Shown piece by piece: positions 15,733 to 17,978 of a stretch of DNA of 17,978 bases. The DNA comes from a bacterium (GTDB lineage Bacteria; Fidelibacterota; Marinisomatia; Marinisomatales; UBA1611): positions 1 to 17,978 of the forward strand of contig JAYPIC010000034.1 of NCBI GenBank assembly GCA_038127595.1, read 5' to 3'. The first letter of the stretch is position 1. Every line of letters starts with the position of its first letter. Under the pieces are notes generated by a model that worked only from the letters and a program-made list of their open reading frames with translations, ran no database searches and was not told where the DNA came from. The translations under genes and the position numbers were made by a program.

Positions 15733-17316
15733 ATGAGTGAAAAAATACATATTTTTGACACCACACTAAGAGATGGGGAGCAGGCACCCGGATCTTCATT
15801 GGAGGTTGAAGAAAAAATTGAAATTGCTAAACAACTCTCAAAGCTTAATGTTGATGTCATAGAAGCTGGATTTCCTGTTTCTTCAAAAGCTCAATACCAA
15901 GCTGTTGAGAGCATAGCTGATATGGTAAAAGGTCCAACCATTGCTGCTCTGGCCCGTTGCATTGAAAATGACATTGAAAAAGCTTATCAAGCTCTCAAGG
16001 GTGCAGAAAAATATCGCATTCATACTTTTGCTGGGACATCAGACATTCATATAATGGGTAAATTTTCAGATGATAAATATGGTAAAGATCTAAACGAAAA
16101 AAGAAATACAATAATCAAAATGGCTGTTGATGCAGTCTCTTTTGCAAAATCCTTTACAGATGATGTTGAGTTTTCCCCTGAAGATGCTGGTAGAACCGAT
16201 ATAAATTATTTATGTGAGGTTATAGAAGCTGTAATATCAGCCGGAGCTACTGTTATTAATATCCCAGACACTACAGGATATACAATGCCGGAGGAGTTCG
16301 GAGAAAAGATTAACTTAGTTAAGAAAAAAGTAAAAAATATTAATGATGCAATTATCAGTGTGCATTGTCATAATGATCTTGGCCTCGCTGTAGCTAACTC
16401 CTTAAGTGCCATAAAATCTGGAGCAAGGCAAGTAGAGTGTACAATTAATGGTATCGGTGAGCGAGCTGGTAATGCTTCGCTTGAAGAAATAGTTATGAGT
16501 CTTAATGTAAGAAGTGATTATTGGCCTTATAAAACTGATATCAAAACAAAAGAGATTCATAATTCTAGCAAAATGGTATCAAAACATACTGGCATGATTG
16601 TACAAGCAAATAAAGCAATCGTTGGAGATAATGCATTTGCCCATGAATCAGGTATTCATCAGGATGGCTTTTTGAAAAATAGAGAAACATATGAAATCAT
16701 GACACCTGAGTCTGTAGGGTTAAACAAAAGCAAGATTATACTTGGGCGTCATTCTGGTAGACATGGTATTCAGTCCAGATTAGCAGAATTAGGCTATGAG
16801 TTGTCTAATAGTGATATGAATAGGGTATATAAAAGGTTTTTAGAGCTAGCTGATAAGAAGAAAGAAATTTTCGATGATGATTTAAGAATTTTAATGGGTG
16901 ACAGAAATATCAAAAAGAATAATGCTTTTGATCTTGACTATCTTCATGTTGCCATTGGGACCAATACCATTCCTACTGCAACTGTAAGAATTAAGACTTC
17001 AGATTCAATTGCTGAGGAGTCTGCTACTGGTGATGGCCCAGTCGCAGCATCTTTCAAAGCTATTAAAAGGGCCTTGAAGCTTGAATATGATATTAAGCTG
17101 CATGATTATAAGGTCAGGTCAATAACCAGCGGTAAGGATGCATTTGGGGAAGTTATTATTCGCCTTTTTATAAACGACACACTTTATGTATCAAAAGGAA
17201 CATCCACAGATACAATTAAGGCTAGTGTTAAGGCTTATCTTGATGCTTTAAATCAATATGAGCGAGATAAAAAAAGCAGGTATTTGCTTTACATTGAAGA
17301 ACCAGTAAATGTCTAA
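15733..17316 (+). CDS. leuA: 2-isopropylmalate synthase
   Basis: 527 aa with [50 protein letters not shown] and a C-terminal regulatory domain (GDGPV). Confidence 0.97.
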   Translation: MSEKIHIFDTTLRDGEQAPGSSLEVEEKIEIAKQLSKLNVDVIEAGFPVSSKAQYQAVESIADMVKGPTIAALARCIENDIEKAYQALKGAEKYRIHTFAGTSDIHIMGKFSDDKYGKDLNEKRNTIIKMAVDAVSFAKSFTDDVEFSPEDAGRTDINYLCEVIEAVISAGATVINIPDTTGYTMPEEFGEKINLVKKKVKNINDAIISVHCHNDLGLAVANSLSAIKSGARQVECTINGIGERAGNASLEEIVMSLNVRSDYWPYKTDIKTKEIHNSSKMVSKHTGMIVQANKAIVGDNAFAHESGIHQDGFLKNRETYEIMTPESVGLNKSKIILGRHSGRHGIQSRLAELGYELSNSDMNRVYKRFLELADKKKEIFDDDLRILMGDRNIKKNNAFDLDYLHVAIGTNTIPTATVRIKTSDSIAEESATGDGPVAASFKAIKRALKLEYDIKLHDYKVRSITSGKDAFGEVIIRLFINDTLYVSKGTSTDTIKASVKAYLDALNQYERDKKSRYLLYIEEPVNV

Positions 17317-17978
17317 AAAAATGCAACCAAAAACACTTTACGATAAAATATGGGATGCCCATTGCGTTAAATCAAATAAGAACGGGTTTGATCTTCTTTA
17401 TATCGATAGGCACTATATCCACGAGGTCACTTCGCCTCAAGCATTTGAAGGATTAAGGATTTCTGAAAGAAGGCCATGGAGAAGTTCTTCTAATTTTGCT
17501 GTTCCAGATCATAATATACCCACTAAAGATAGAGACAAGGGCATAGATGATCCAGTCTCTAAAAAACAAGTCGATACCCTTGAAGACAATTGTAATGATT
17601 TTGATGTGAAGAAATTTGGGATGAATGATCCTGATCAAGGAATTGTTCATATTATAGGCCCAGAGCAAGGTTTGACTTTGCCTGGTATGACTATAGTTTG
17701 TGGAGATTCCCATACCTCTACACATGGCGCATTTGGCACTTTAGCATTTGGAATAGGGACCTCAGAGGTGGAGCATGTCCTTGCTACACAGTGCTTAATT
17801 CAAAAACGATCCAAGACCCTGCTTATAAATGTAGATGGTGAATTATCAAATGGAATTACAGCAAAGGATCTAATTTTATTTATCATCGGAAAAATCGGCA
17901 CTGATGGTGGTACTGGTTATTCTATCGAATTTGGAGGATCAGCTATTAGGTCGTTATCCATGGAAGGTAGAATGACTG
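17309..17978 (+). CDS. leuC: 3-isopropylmalate dehydratase large subunit, truncated by the window end (alternative start 17321)
   Basis: Not in the ORF track because it has no stop in the window. Translates as [18 protein letters not shown]...[15 protein letters not shown]...PDHN...[12 protein letters not shown]...[13 protein letters not shown]...GIGTSEV...SMEGRMT. Confidence 0.97.
   Translation, partial: MSKKMQPKTLYDKIWDAHCVKSNKNGFDLLYIDRHYIHEVTSPQAFEGLRISERRPWRSSSNFAVPDHNIPTKDRDKGIDDPVSKKQVDTLEDNCNDFDVKKFGMNDPDQGIVHIIGPEQGLTLPGMTIVCGDSHTSTHGAFGTLAFGIGTSEVEHVLATQCLIQKRSKTLLINVDGELSNGITAKDLILFIIGKIGTDGGTGYSIEFGGSAIRSLSMEGRMT

Noticed and set aside
9477..17725. Minus-strand ORFs 9477..9665, 11958..12143, 14625..15113 and 17453..17725
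   Set aside because: Antisense to the barrel gene, phoX, leuB and leuC.

Overview
AT-rich, densely packed bacterial chromosome segment. Lipoprotein-rich content, mostly absent Shine-Dalgarno motifs, tRNAs without encoded CCA and a LeuA insertion point to a streamlined FCB-group organism, plausibly a marine Marinimicrobia-like lineage (inference). In order: 3' end of a probable NAD-dependent epimerase/reductase, a GH30 lipoprotein, cutC, a 52-aa two-helix membrane protein missing from the ORF track and an FN3 lipoprotein. Next is a six-gene divergent cell-envelope cluster sharing a 23-bp gap. Leftward it holds a secreted/membrane protein and two paralogous six-Ig-repeat lipoproteins, one extended by five FN3 domains. 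Rightward it holds a probable outer-membrane beta-barrel and two small exported proteins. Then come a small acidic protein, tRNA-Cys(GCA) and tRNA-Leu(TAA) with a terminator, Tat-exported PhoX, an asnB resembling the animal/giant-virus type, and leuB-leuA-leuC (truncated) behind a candidate leader ORF and hairpin. No mobile element, CRISPR array or defence system was seen. The best candidate for an undescribed system is the divergent Ig/FN3-lipoprotein plus beta-barrel cluster; its function cannot be established from this sequence alone.
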